Assembly: GCA_964016885.1 (NCBI GenBank)
Contig: OZ024741.1
Coordinates: 13,330,001 to 13,394,000 of the forward strand
DNA from: Eledone cirrhosa
Lineage: Eukaryota
Reading direction: 5' to 3'
DNA: 64,000 nucleotides
Shown here: piece after piece, positions 1 through 13,818 of the stretch
Layout: each line of letters starts with the position of its first letter
Numbering within the stretch: the first letter of the stretch is position 1
The notes under the pieces: model-generated
Told to the model about the DNA's origin: nothing
Seen by the model: the letters and a program-made list of their open reading frames with translations, nothing else
The model's database searches: none
Program-made: the position numbers and the translations under genes

Positions 1-3000
1 GTTTCTATGGCTGGATGTCCTTCCTAACACCAACCACACTACAGAGTGTACTGGGTGTAAAGTTTCTATGGCTAGAAGTCCTTCCTAACACCAACTACAC
101 CACAGAGTGTACTGGGTGTAAAGTTTCTATGGCTGCATGTCCTTCCTAACACCAACCACATTACAGAGTGTACTGGGTGTATGGTTTCTATGGCTGGATG
201 TCCTTCCTAACACCAACCACATTACAGAGTGTACTGGGTGTATGGTTTCTATGGCTGGATGTCCTTCCTTACACCAACCACATTACAGAGTGTACTGGGT
301 GTATGGTTTCTATAGCTGGATGTCCTTCCTAACACCAACCACATTACAGAGTGTACTGGGTGTAAAGTTTCTATGGCTGCATGTCCTTCCTAACATCAAC
401 CACATTACAGAGTGTACTGGGTGTAAAGTTTCTATGGCTGGATGTCCTTCCTAACACCAACCACATTACAGAGTGTACTGGGTGTATGGTTTCTATGGCT
501 GGATGTCCTTCCTTACACCAACCACATTAGAGTGTACTGGGTGTATGGTTTCTATGGCTGGATGTCCTTCCTTACACCAACCACACTACAGAGTGTACTG
601 GGTGTATGGTTTCTATGGCTGGATGTCCTTCCTTACACCAACCACACTACAGAGTGTACTGGGTGTATGGTTTCTATGGCTGGATGTCCTTCCTAACACC
701 AACCACATTACAGAGTGTACTGGGTGTATGGTTTCTATGGCTGGATGTCCTTCCTAACACCAACTACACCACAGAGTGTACTGGGTGTATGGTTTCTATG
801 GCTGGATGTCCTTCCTAACACCAACCACATTACAGAGTGTACTGGGTGTATGGTTTCTATGGCTGGATGTCCTTCCTAACACCAACCACATTACAGAGTG
901 TACTGGGTGTATGGTTTCTATGGCTGGATGTCCTTCCTAACACCAACCACATTACAGAGTGTACTGGGTGTATGGTTTCTATGGCTGGATGTCCTTCCTA
1001 ACACCAACCACATTACAGAGTGTACTGGGTGTATGGTTTCTATGGCTGGATGTCCTTCCTTACACCAACCACATTACAGAGTGTACTGGGTGTAAAGTTT
1101 CTATGGCTGCATGTCCTTCCTAACACCAACCACATTACAGAGTGTACTGGGTGTATGGTTTCTATGGCTGGATGTCCTGCCTAACACCAACCACATTACA
1201 GAGTGTACTGGGTGTATGGTTTCTATGGCTGGATGTCCTTCCTAACACCAACCACACTACAGAGTGTACTGGGTGTAAAGTTTCTATGGCTAGAAGTCCT
1301 TCCTAACACCAACTACACCACAGAGTGTACTGGGTGTAAAGTTTCTATGGCTGCATGTCCTTCCTAACACCAACCACATTACAGAGTGTACTGGGTGTAT
1401 GGTTTCTATGGCTGGATGTCCTTCCTAACACCAACCACATTACAGAGTGTACTGGGTGTATGGTTTCTATGGCTGGATGTCCTTCCTTACACCAACCACA
1501 TTACAGAGTGTACTGGGTGTATGGTTTCTATAGCTGGATGTCCTTCCTAACACCAACCACATTACAGAGTGTACTGGGTGTAAAGTTTCTATGGCTGCAT
1601 GTCCTTCCTAACATCAACCACATTACAGAGTGTACTGGGTGTAAAGTTTCTATGGCTGGATGTCCTTCCTAACACCAACCACATTACAGAGTGTACTGGG
1701 TGTATGGTTTCTATGGCTGGATGTCCTTCCTTACACCAACCACATTAGAGTGTACTGGGTGTATGGTTTCTATGGCTGGATGTCCTTCCTTACACCAACC
1801 ACACTACAGAGTGTACTGGGTGTATGGTTTCTATGGCTGGATGTCCTTCCTTACACCAACCACACTACAGAGTGTACTGGGTGTATGGTTTCTATGGCTG
1901 GATGTCCTTCCTGACACCAACCACATTACAGAGTGTACTGGGTGTAAAGTTTCTATGGCTGCATGTCCTTCCTAACACCAACCACATTACAGAGTGTACT
2001 GGGTGTATGGTTTCTATGGCTGGATGTCCTTCCTTACACCAACCACATTACAGAGTGTACTGGGTGTATGGTTTCTATGGCTGGATGTCCTTCCTTACAC
2101 CAACCACACTACAGAGTGTACTGGGTGTATGATTTCTATGGCTGGATGTCCTTCCTAACACCAACCACATTACAGAGTGTACTGGGTGTATGGTTTCTGT
2201 GGCTGGATGTCCTTCCTAACACCAACCACACTACAGAGTGTACTGGGTGTATCGTTTCTATGGCTGGATGTCCTGCCTAACACCAACCACATTACAGAGT
2301 GTACTGGGTGTAAAGTTTCTATGGCTGGATGTCCTTCATTACACCAACTACACTACAGAGTGTACTGGGTGTATGGTTTCTATGGCTGCATGTCCTTCCT
2401 AACACCAACCACATTACAGAGTGTACTGGGTGTATGGTTTCTATGGCTGGATGTCCTTCCTAACACCAACCACATTAGAGTGTACTTGGTGTATGGTTTC
2501 TATGGCTGGATGTCCTGCCTAACACCATCCACATTACAGAGTGTACTGGGTGTATGGTTTCTATGGCTGGATGTCCTTCCTAACACCAACCACATTACAG
2601 AGTGTATTGGGTGTATGGTTTCTATGGCTGGATGTCCTTCCTAACACCAACCACATTACAGAGTGTATTGGGTGTATGGTTTCTATGGCTGGATGTCCTT
2701 CCTAACACCAACCACATTACAGAGTGTACTGGGTGTATGGTTTCTATGGCTGGATGTCCTTCCTTACACCAACCACATTACAGAGTATACTGGGTGTAAA
2801 GTTTCTATGGCTGGATGTCCTTCCTAACACCAACTACACCACAGAGTGTACTGGGTGTAAAGTTTCTATGGCTGCATGTCCTTCCTAACACAAACTACAT
2901 TACAGAGTGTACTGGGTGTATGGTTTCTATGGCTGGATGTCCTTCCTTACACCAACCACATTACAGAGTGTACTGTGTGTAAAGTTTCTATGGCTGGATG

Positions 3001-3650
3001 TCCTTCCTAACACCAACTACACCACAGAGTGTACTGGCTGTATGGTTTCTAAGGCTGGATGTCCTTCCTAACACCAACTACACCACAGAGTGTACTGGGT
3101 GTATGGTTTCTATGGCTGGATGTCCTTCCTAACACCTACCACATTACAGAGTGTACTGGGTGTATGGTTTCTATGGCTGGATGTCCTTCCTAACACCAAC
3201 CACATTACAGAGTGTACTGGGTGTAAAGTTTCTACGGCTGGATGTCCTTACTAACACCAACTACACCACAGAGTGTACTGGGTGTAAAGTTTCTATGGCT
3301 GCATGTCCTTCCTAACACCAACCACATTACAGAGTGTACTGTGTGTAAAGTTTCTATGGCTGCATGTCCTTCCTAACACCAACCACATTACAGAGTGTAC
3401 TGGGTGTAAAGTTTCTATTGCTGGATGTCCTTCCTAACACCTACCACATTACAGAGTGTACTGGGTGTAAAGTTTCTATGGCTGGATGTCCTTCCTAACA
3501 CCTACCACATTACAGAGTGTACTGGGTGTATGGTTTCTATAGCTGGATGTCCTTCCTAACACCAACCACTTTACAGAGTGTACTGCGAGTATGGTTTCTA
3601 TGGCTGGAAGTCCTTCTTACCACCAACCACTTTACAGAGTGTTCTGGGAG
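1..3650. repeat. 61-bp tandem satellite, about 59 monomers, begins before the window; derived from the RTE LINE/SINE 3' UTR (antisense)
   Basis: Monomer GTTTCTATGGCTGGATGTCCTTCCTAACACCAACCACATTACAGAGTGTACTGGGTGTATG. It aligns with RTE 3' UTR copies at ~34818-34880, ~51507-51570 and ~59003-59066. Confidence 0.95.
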
Positions 3651-3659
3651 TATTTTATT

Positions 3660-3905
3660 GTGACTCCAATACTACCACAATAAAGAGTGGACTGGGTGCT
3701 TTTGTAGTGGCACCAGCACTAACACCTTACAAGGTGGAATGGGTGCTTTTGTACTGGCTCCAGCACTAGCACCTTACAGGGTGGACTGGGTGCTTTTGTA
3801 GTGGTACCAGCACTACCACCTTACAGGGTGGACTGGGTGCTTTTGTAGTGGCACTAGCACTACCACCTTACAGGGTGAACTGGGTACTTTTGTAATGGCA
3901 CCAAC
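3660..3905. repeat. Short array of ~47-bp repeats, the next sub-repeat of the RTE 3' UTR
   Basis: About 5 diverged copies of GTGGACTGGGTGCTTTTGTAGTGGCACCAGCACTAACACCTTACAAG. The reverse complement resembles the 47/48-bp satellite monomers. Confidence 0.85.
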
Positions 3906-4727
3906 AGTAGGGTCCTCAGTGTATATGTTCTTCTTTGTTGAGGATGGTAGAGGTATAAGACCTGTACAGGCACGCCTCATATCACCCTGGAACTCTTCTT
4001 TGCTAGACGTCAAAGCACTTTCATTACATTGCAAATGGTTTACTCATGGACACAGATACGCTGAGGACTTCTTTTGTCATTGCTTCAGAAATAAAGTCTT
4101 AAGAAAAGCAAAGTGTGTTCAAAACTCTTTTATGACAAAAGAATAGTTCCACAACAAAGGGAGATAAGGATTGAACCTGTATGAGTCTTATTCCTCTAGA
4201 TGGGGTACTGACATTCCAATGTTGGAGGTAGTAGAGGTTCATAGTAGTGCCCAGCTTGATTTTGTGGTCTAAAAGGAGGCATTTGTATACTGCTTCGGGC
4301 AAGTGGTTGGGTGGGTTGTGTTTGCCATTTTAGGGAGCAAGGATTCAGCAGGGAAAGTGAATCAGTCAAGGTTCCTCCTAGATGTGCATGCTAGCATGGG
4401 TTGGTTGAAGAAGTCAGGTGCATATTGGCAGGTGAGGACCTGAGAGTCGTTCTATCCATCTGTTTCTTCAGGTTTAGGGTGGAGGCTGGTAGGTGGGTTA
4501 ACCATCCTCCTTGTGCTGTTGCTTTCCTCTTACATGGGAAGGTAAGTTCCTCATATTATGGATATTACTTGTTTTCTCCTGGATCATCTCCTTTGTGAGG
4601 TTTAGCTGCATGTTGTCAGTCCTCACCACATCATCCCAGGTTTTCCTAGGTCTTTATCTACCAAGAGTTCCTTTAATTTCAAATACTCTGCATTTTCTTA
4701 TGCTGCTGTTATGCTCCATATATATTA

Positions 4728-4980
4728 CATCATCATCATCATTTTACGTCCGCTTTTCCCTGCTTGCAAGGGTGGGACGGGAACTCATTCTGGCTTGATT
4801 TCTACAGCTGGCTGCCCTTCCTAACACTTCCTCAGTCCCTATCATCTCATTTCTACAGCTGAGTAAACTGGAGCAATGTGAAATAAAGTGTCTTGCTCAA
4901 GGAAACAACACATCACCCAGTCTGTGAATTGAACTCACAACCTTTCGATTGCAAGGCCAATGCTCTAACCACTAAGCTAT
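4728..4980 (-). mobile_element. tRNA/CORE-type SINE with internally deleted RTE-derived tail and (GAT)n end
   Basis: The reverse complement gives head TAGCTTAGTGGTTAGAGC...GAGTTCAATTC and core TTCCTTGAGCAAGACACTTTA. (CAT)n lies at 4728-4741. Homologous to 57971-58340. Confidence 0.8.
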
Positions 4981-4984
4981 GTCC

Positions 4985-5420
4985 ATACAAATTCGGAAAT
5001 GGGTCCAGCGAGTTAGGAAGGATATTGCAAGAGATTGGGTACCACACCACGATAATGCACTTGCTTACACAGCACTTTCAATTAGAGAATTTCTGGTGAA
5101 GAAAAACATTCCCACTCTTCCACATCCTCCCTACAGACCACATGTAGCTCCATGTGTGTTCTACCTCTTCCCTAAGTTGAAATCAAAGTTGAAGGGTCAT
5201 CATTTTGGCACTGTGGGAAACAAAAAACTGTAATCAATGAGCTAAGGACACTCACAGAAAATGACTTTTGGTACTGCTACGGTCAATGGAAAAACATGTT
5301 GGAACCACTGTGTGACCTCACAAGGGTCGTATTTTGAAGGAGATAACTTGTAATTTCATGCACGGCTAATATATATTTAAATAAAACATCAGTCCCCTTA
5401 CTTTAGGGACAAATCTCGTT
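4985..5420 (+). pseudogene. Mariner (Tc1/mariner DD34D) transposase C-terminal remnant with probable right TIR
   Basis: ORF 4979-5233 contains HHDNA and HPPYRPHVAPCVFYLFPKLK (degenerate YSPDLAP motif). A TIR-like TTACTTTAGGGACAAATCTCG lies near 5398-5418. Confidence 0.85.
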
Positions 5421-5440
5421 TACGTATATATGTATAAATA

Positions 5441-5685
5441 GTAATAATAATAAATTTGAAGACTAAAATCCAAAGAGGGGTCGATAAGGATAAATATATA
5501 TCAGATATATAAGAACCCTAGAGCAAATATTTATTAAAATAACATATTAAAGTTTAATCTGTTATTTTAATATTTATTAAAATAACAGATTAAAATTTAA
5601 ATATTAAGTTTCAGAAGATCCCATTAAGTGTGAAAGCAGCGATTCTTTGCTTAAAGTTTAATCTGTTATTTTAATAAATATATAT
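5441..5685. mobile_element. PLE pseudo-LTR-like fold-back module (family H1), copy 1
   Basis: Matches 28668-28830, 6169-6352 and 51129-51360. The second half is inverted and carries a hammerhead-like motif on the + strand at 5607-5655. Flanked by TA repeats. Confidence 0.65.
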
Positions 5686-5694
5686 ATATATAGT

Positions 5695-6140
5695 GAAGGC
5701 GCATGGCTTACTGGTTAGAGCATTGGGCTTGCAATTGAGAGGTTGTGAGTTCAATTCTCAGACCGGGTGATGCGTTGTGTCCTTGAGCAAGACACTTTAT
5801 TTCACGTTGCTCCAGTTTACTCAGCTGTAGAAATGAGTTGTGATGTCACTGGTGCCAAGCTGTATTGGTCAGTGCCTTTCCTTTGGACAACATATATAGT
5901 GTATAATATATACTGTACATAGAGTATATATATAATGTATATGTATGTTGTGATGTCACTGGTGCCAAGCTGTATCAGCCATTGCCTTTCCTTTGGACAA
6001 CATCGGTGGTATAGAGAGGAGAGACTGGTATACATGGGGGACTGCTGGTCTTCCACAAACAAACCGTGCCCAGACTTGTGCCTCAGAATAGGAACTTTCT
6101 AGGGGCAAAACCATGGTCATTCGACCGAATGGAGCCAAAT
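5695..6140 (+). mobile_element. tRNA-derived CORE-type SINE with a non-RTE tail, interrupted by a TA tract
   Basis: A box TGGCTTACTGG, B box GAGTTCAATTC, CORE-like TGTGTCCTTGAGCAAGACACTTTA. A ~54-bp segment is duplicated at 5837-5891 and 5947-6003. Confidence 0.8.
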
Positions 6141-6168
6141 AAAGATATATATAAAAATATATATATAT

Positions 6169-6352
6169 AGTAATAATAATAAATGTGAAGACTAAAATCC
6201 AAAGAGGGCTCGATAAGGATAAATATATATCAAACATGTAAGAACCGTAGAGCAAATATTTATTAAAATAACAGATTAAAGTTTAAGCAAAGAATCGCTG
6301 CTTTCACCCTTAACGATTCTTTGCTTAAACTTTAATGTTATTTTAATAAATA
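6169..6352. mobile_element. PLE pseudo-LTR-like fold-back module (family H1), copy 2
   Basis: Same sequence as 28668-28815. It then folds back: AAAGTTTAAGCAAAGAATCG...CGATTCTTTGCTTAAACTTT. Confidence 0.65.
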
Positions 6353-6592
6353 TATATATATATATGTATATATATTTGTGTATGTATATATATATAACTC
6401 TTTCTAATATAGTCACACTCTACTATCCCAAGTATCGAGTACTTTATTAAAGAATGATCTAACTAGTTTAGTACTGGTTTAATATTGATATATATAGAAA
6501 TCAATATCAAGGTGGTTGAAAATCAGTTGAATTCATTGAGTGCTTCTACTTAACAGGGTTTTGGCCTTTGAGATGTTGATAACCTCTAAAAA

Positions 6593-6885
6593 TTATATAC
6601 ATACATACATATACATACATATATGTGTGTGTATATATATGTATGTGTATATATATATGTATATATATATATATGGGTGTGTATGTATATATGTATGTAT
6701 GTATATATGTATGTATATATATATATATATGTATGTATGTATATATATATGTATATATGTATGTATATATATATATATATATGTATGTATATATATATGT
6801 ATATATGTATGTATATATGTATGTATATATATATGTATATATGTATGTATATATGTATGTATGTATATATATATGGATGTATGTA

Positions 6886-6918
<33 letters not shown>

Positions 6919-6926
6919 ATATATAT
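6593..6926. repeat. (TA)n/(TATG)n microsatellite
   Basis: Directly visible. Similar tracts lie at 7535-7880 and 8492-8736. Confidence 0.97.
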
Positions 6927-7534
6927 GTCAGGTCACCAGTTGGTGCTACTGGTAACATGTATCCCAGTACAACCTGTCCCATGGTCGGGTCGTTGGCGAC
7001 TAAACTGGCAACCCCACCAAGGTTTCTTGGTGAGGAGGGTGACTTTGGACATCCTGCAGGACTAAAAACAAAACCTGTCAAAGGGCAAAGGAGCTCTTAA
7101 GAGTCAATGGCCATCCAAAATCACCGGGAGAGATGACCCCTTAGCCTTTGTCAAGGCAGAATTCTAGGAGAAGGAAAACTCTGATATAACACCTGCAACC
7201 CTGATGGTATCCAATGATGTTGACTTGTTCTTCTTTTTGGTAAATATCATCTTGGTTAAGGGAGTGGGACTGGCTTTGTGCAGTGCCTTTGCTCACTATA
7301 AAAGCTTCACGGCACAGGCATTGCTTTATATCTGGAGATCTCTCTGCACTTGTCGTCACATGGTACCATGGGCCCAGCACTATGTGTCAGTAATTGTCAC
7401 AAGTGTAGTGTTTGTACCAGAGTTTTCAAGTCGCTGGCTGGACTAAAAAGTCACACTCGTTCAGCGCATCGGTAGGGGTTCTCCTACATGGATATAAAGT
7501 AGTGGCCGTACTCGAAAACGAGTTGGCAGCCACC
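6927..7534 (+). mobile_element. Non-autonomous bipartite RTE-derived element, copy 1 (~610 bp)
   Basis: The 5' part has the RTE 5'UTR-like motif GGAGAAGGAAAACTCTGA. The 3' part encodes the C-terminal C2H2 finger [24 protein letters not shown] and ends in hairpin CTCGAAAACGAG. No RT. Flanked by TA repeats. Confidence 0.65.
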
Positions 7535-7885
7535 ATATATATATGTATGTATATATATATGTATGTATATATATATGTATGTATATATATATGTATGTAT
7601 ATATATATGTATGTATATATATATGTATGTATATATATATATGTATGTATATATATATGTATGTATATATATATGTATGTATATATATATGTATGTATAT
7701 ATATATGTATGTGTATATATATGTATGTGTATATATATGTATGTATATATATATGTATGTATATATATATGTATGTATATATATATGTATGTATATATAT
7801 ATGTATGTATATATATATGTATGTATATATATATGTATGTATATATATATGTATGTATATATATATGTATGTATATATATGTTAT

Positions 7886-8492
7886 GTCAGGTCACCACTT
7901 GGTGCTACTGGTAACATGTATCCCAGTACAACCTGTCTCATGGTCGGGTCGTTGGCGACTAAACTGGCAACCCCACCAAGGTTTCTTGGTGAGGAGGGTG
8001 ACTTTGGACATCCTGCAGGACTAAAAACAAAACCTGTCGAAGGGCAAAGGAGCTCTTAAGAGTCAATGGCCATCCAAAATCACTGGGAGAGATGACCCCT
8101 TAGCCTTTGTCAAGGCAGAATTCTAAGAGAAGGAAAACTCTGATATAACACCTGCAACCCTGATGGTATCCAATGATGTTGACTTGTTCTTCTTTTTGGT
8201 AAATATCATCTTGGTTAAGAGAGTGGGACTGGCTTTGTGCAGTGCCTTTGCTCACTATAAAAGCTTCACGGCACAGGCATTGCTTTATATCTGGAGATCT
8301 CTCTGCACTTGTCGTCACATGGTACCATGGGCCCAGCACTGTGTCAATAATTGTCACAAGTGTAGTGTTTGTACCAGAGTTTTCAAGTCGCTGGCTGGAC
8401 TAAAAAGTCACACTCGTTCAGCGCATCGGTAGGGGTTCTCCTACATGGATATAAAGTAGTGGCCGTACTCGAAAACGAGTTGGCAGCCACCA
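7886..8492 (+). mobile_element. Non-autonomous bipartite RTE-derived element, copy 2
   Basis: Nearly identical to 6927-7534, with a few substitutions and a 2-bp indel. Confidence 0.65.
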
Positions 8493-8574
8493 TGTATATA
8501 TATATGTATGTATATATATATGTATGTATATATATATGTATGTATATATATATGTATGTATATATATATGTATG

Positions 8575-8628
<54 letters not shown>

Positions 8629-8734
8629 TATGTATGTATATATATATGTATGTATATATATATATGTATGTATATATATATATGTATGTATGTATATATA
8701 TGTATGTATGTATATATATATATGTATGTATGTA

Positions 8735-11035
8735 TAACTTTGAAATGTTTTGGCCAGTATTGGCCCAGGCCATGTCTAACTTAATAGCACCACCTGGCGA
8801 AGTCTTTCAATTCAGAATTTGGGCACCATGGCCCATTCGAGAAGAGAATTACTGTTTGCGGAGACATATCCGGGTGTGGGTGGTTTGTCCGGGATTACTT
8901 GGAGGAATTTGTCCAAAGACTTCTTGAATTTTGTGTGGTCAGTTTCTGTTTTGACGTGTCCTGGTGTGATGTTGAAGAGAGCAGGGCCGATTGAGGTGAA
9001 ATAATTGTGCCGTATTGTTGTTATGAGTTGCGATTTAGATTTTTGAATGGGACGGATAGCACGGGGCCCAAGCCTTGGGTGTATCTTGAAGGCGATGCCA
9101 ACATCATTTGGGCAGTGATGATGGAACATTTTCCACATCATGCAGATAATATAACGCTCACGGCGACGTTGGAGTGAGTAAAGTTTCAGGTTTTCCAATC
9201 GACCCCAGTAGTCAAGGTCTGACATGCCATCTATCTTTTTCGTGATTGCCCTTTGAGGAGCTTCAAGTTTCATGATACTTTGTTTCGTGTGGGGAGACCA
9301 CAGTGGACAACAGTATTCAAGGTGTGGTCGGGCGAAAGTAGAGAAGAGAAGGATAATGGTGCGGGAATCTCTCGACTGGAAGGTTCTGAGGATCCAGGAA
9401 CACATTCTGCGGGCCATGTCAACTTTGCTGCTTATATGCGTGGTCCAGCTTATGTTGCTGTCCACGGTTACTCCCAAGTCTCTGATGTTGTTAGATGCCA
9501 CGAGAGTTTCCCCGGAGGGAAGGGAGTACGGGAGTTTCAGAGCATCCTCTTTTCCAAAGTGGATCAGTTCGAATTTGTCTTCGTTCAGTAACATGTTGTT
9601 CTTTTCTGCCCATTGGGTAACAGCCAGTAGGTCTGACTGAAGGCTTATCCGGTCATCCACGCCATTGATGACCTTTTGGAGCTTGGAATCATCAGCGAAA
9701 ATTTTAATGTTGCTGTGTTTGATGATGTCAGTGATGTCATTAATATAGATGATGAAGAGAAGTGGGCCCAACACAGTGCCTTGTGGGACTCCACTACTGA
9801 CTTTGGCTGGGCTTGATTTGACTCCCTCAACTACAACATGTTGGGTTCTGTTTGACAGGAAGCTCTTGATCCACTGCAGCAGCTTTCCAGTGACACCAAT
9901 ATTGGACAGCTTTCTCAGTAGAATGTTATGATCAACCCTGTCAAAGGCCTTGCTGAAATCAAGGTAGATAACATCAGTGTTGGAACCCTCTCCCAAGGCT
10001 CTCAAAATGTCATCAAAGTGATGCAGTAGTTGCGTCAGGCAATCCCTTCCATTACGGAATCCATGCTGGTTGGAGTTCAGCATATTGTTACTCTCAAGGA
10101 AGTGGGTCATTCGCGATCTCACCACTCGCTCAAATACCTTAATGATATGAGAGGTGAGTGAGATTGGACGGTAATTCACGGCAAGGGATTTGTTTCCCTT
10201 TTTGAAAACTGGGACAACAGACTGGGATAGAAGGTTTTCTGGCACATATCCAGCATCCAGTGAGTTCCGCCACAGATTGGCAAGAGGAGAAGCAAGTTGG
10301 TGTTGACACGCCTTCAAGACACAAGCAGGGAACCTATCGGGACCTACTGCTGAATTATGCTTGATTTCCTTTATTGCCGCCAAGACATCAGGGGCGCCAA
10401 ACGTTATGTCCGATAAGGTGTAATGGGGAGTAACATCGCCGATACAGCCCAGATCGGCCATATCAGGATTGCTGAAAACAGAGCAGTATTGTTTCTGCAG
10501 TATCTCACCCATAGTTTTAGCATTGTCTTGAAGAGTGCCATTTTCATCAATTAGAGGGCCAACAGTAGAGCCAGTGATTTTGTGTTTTTTTGCAAATGAA
10601 AAGAACACTTTGGGATTGAGTTTGATCTTCTCAATGGCCCAGGCCTCTTCAGCTCTTCTCTGATTGTTGATGAGGGACATTATGTTGTTTTGGAGGTTAT
10701 GTTTTTTAATCTCTAGTGATGAAATGGCAGTCAAGTTGATGTGTTGCTGCTGACAGTATTTCAGATTGTTGATTTTTTTGTTCGTTCTCTTAATTTTTCT
10801 GATGAGCGTTTTTCTATTTCTAGGGATTCTGCTCTTAGATTTGTTTATAGTTCTTAATGGGGTGTGTTTAGCACATATGTTTGTAACAGTGTCCACAAAT
10901 GTCTGCCAGGACTTTTTGATGTTAGTGGGTGTATGAGTGTGCGTGAAGGACCAGTCGACATGTGCAAGATCATGACTGATCGCTTCCCAGTTTGCATTGT
11001 GGAAATCCATAGCGTCAAACGGATGGACAGGAGAA
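8735..11035 (-). mobile_element. 5'-truncated CR1-group LINE; uninterrupted ORF2 RT region (8812-11035) plus short 3' UTR
   Basis: Motifs [59 protein letters not shown]. 3' UTR stem-loop GGCCAATACTGGCC. No endonuclease domain. Both ends are in TA microsatellite. Confidence 0.92.
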
Positions 11036-11143
11036 TGTATATATGTATGTATGTATATATATATATGTATGTATATATATATATGTATGTATGTATATAT
11101 ATGTATGTATGTATATATATATATGTATGTATGTATATATATG

Positions 11144-11175
<32 letters not shown>

Positions 11176-12606
11176 TATGTATGTATATATATATATGTAT
11201 GTATATATATATATGTATGTATATATATATATATATGTATGTATATATATATATGTATGTATATATATATATGATGTATATATATATATGTATGTATATA
11301 TATATATGTATGTATATATATATGTATGTATGTATGTATATATGTATGTATGTATGTATATATATATGTATGTATATATGTATGTATGTATATATATATG
11401 TATGTATATATGTATGTATGTATGTATGTATATATGTATGTATATATATATGTATATATGTATGTATATATATATGTATATATGTATGTATATATGTATG
11501 TATATATGTATGTATATATATATGTATATATGTATGTATATATGTATGTATATATATATGTATATATGTATGTATATATGTATGTATATATATATGTATA
11601 TATGTATGTATATATATATGTATATATGTATGTATATATATATGTATATATGTATGTATATATATATGTATATATGTATGTATATATATATGTATATATG
11701 TATGTATATATATATATGTATATATGTATGTATATATATATATATATATGTATGTATATATATATGTATATATGTATGTATATATGTATGTATATATATA
11801 TATATGTATGTATATATATATGTATATATGTATGTATATATATATATATATATGTATGTATATATATATGTATATATGTATGTATATATATATGTATATA
11901 TGTATGTATATATATATGTATATATGTATGTATATATATATATATATATGTATGTATATATATATGTATGTATATATATATGTATATATGTATGTATATA
12001 TATATATATATATGTATGTATATATATATGTATGTATATATATATATATATATATGTATGTATATATATATGTATATATATATGTATGTATATATATATA
12101 TGTATGTATATATATATGTATGTATATATATATGTATGTATATATATATGTATGTATATATATATGTATGTATATATATATGTATGTATATATATATGTA
12201 TGTATATATATATATATGTATGTATATATATATGTATGTATATATATATATATGTATGTATATATATATGTATGTATATATATATATATGTATGTATGTA
12301 TATATATATGTATGTATATATATATATGTATGTATATATATATATGTATGTATGTATATATATATGTATGTATATATATATATGTATGTATGTATATATA
12401 TATGAATGTATGTATATATATATATGTATGTATGTATATATGTATGTATGTATATATGTATGTATGTATATATATATGTATGTATGTATATATATATATG
12501 TATGTATGTATATATATATATATGTATGTATGTATATATATATATGTATGTATGTATATATATATATGTATGTATGTATGTATGTATATATATATATATA
12601 TGTATG

Positions 12607-12728
<122 letters not shown>

Positions 12729-12902
12729 TATATATATATATATATGTATATAAGTATGTATATATATATATATGTATATATGTATGTATATATATGTATG
12801 TATGTATGTATGTATATATATATATATGTATGTATGTATATATATATATATGTATGTATGTATATATATATATATGTATGTATGTATATATATATATATG
12901 TA

Positions 12903-12935
<33 letters not shown>

Positions 12936-12962
12936 ATATATATATGTATGTATGTATGTATA

Positions 12963-12998
<36 letters not shown>

Positions 12999-13026
12999 TA
13001 TATATATATGTATATATGTATGTATG

Positions 13027-13058
<32 letters not shown>

Positions 13059-13120
13059 TATGTATATATGTATGTATATGTATATGTATATATATATGTA
13101 TATATGTATGTATATATATA

Positions 13121-13156
<36 letters not shown>

Positions 13157-13246
13157 TATATATATATATGTATATATGTATGTATATATATATATATGTA
13201 TATATGTATGTATATATATATATATATATGTATGTATATATATATG

Positions 13247-13278
<32 letters not shown>

Positions 13279-13281
13279 TGT

Positions 13282-13315
<34 letters not shown>

Positions 13316-13339
13316 GTATATATATGTATATGTATATAT

Positions 13340-13818
<479 letters not shown>

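Noticed and set aside
137-2799. Repetitive ORFs in the 61-bp array
   Set aside because: The unit length is not a multiple of 3 and stops arise from monomer variants.
3960-4500. Possible old LINE 3' remnant; also unexplained 33500-33970 and 61890-62450
   Set aside because: Too degenerate to assign without a database search.
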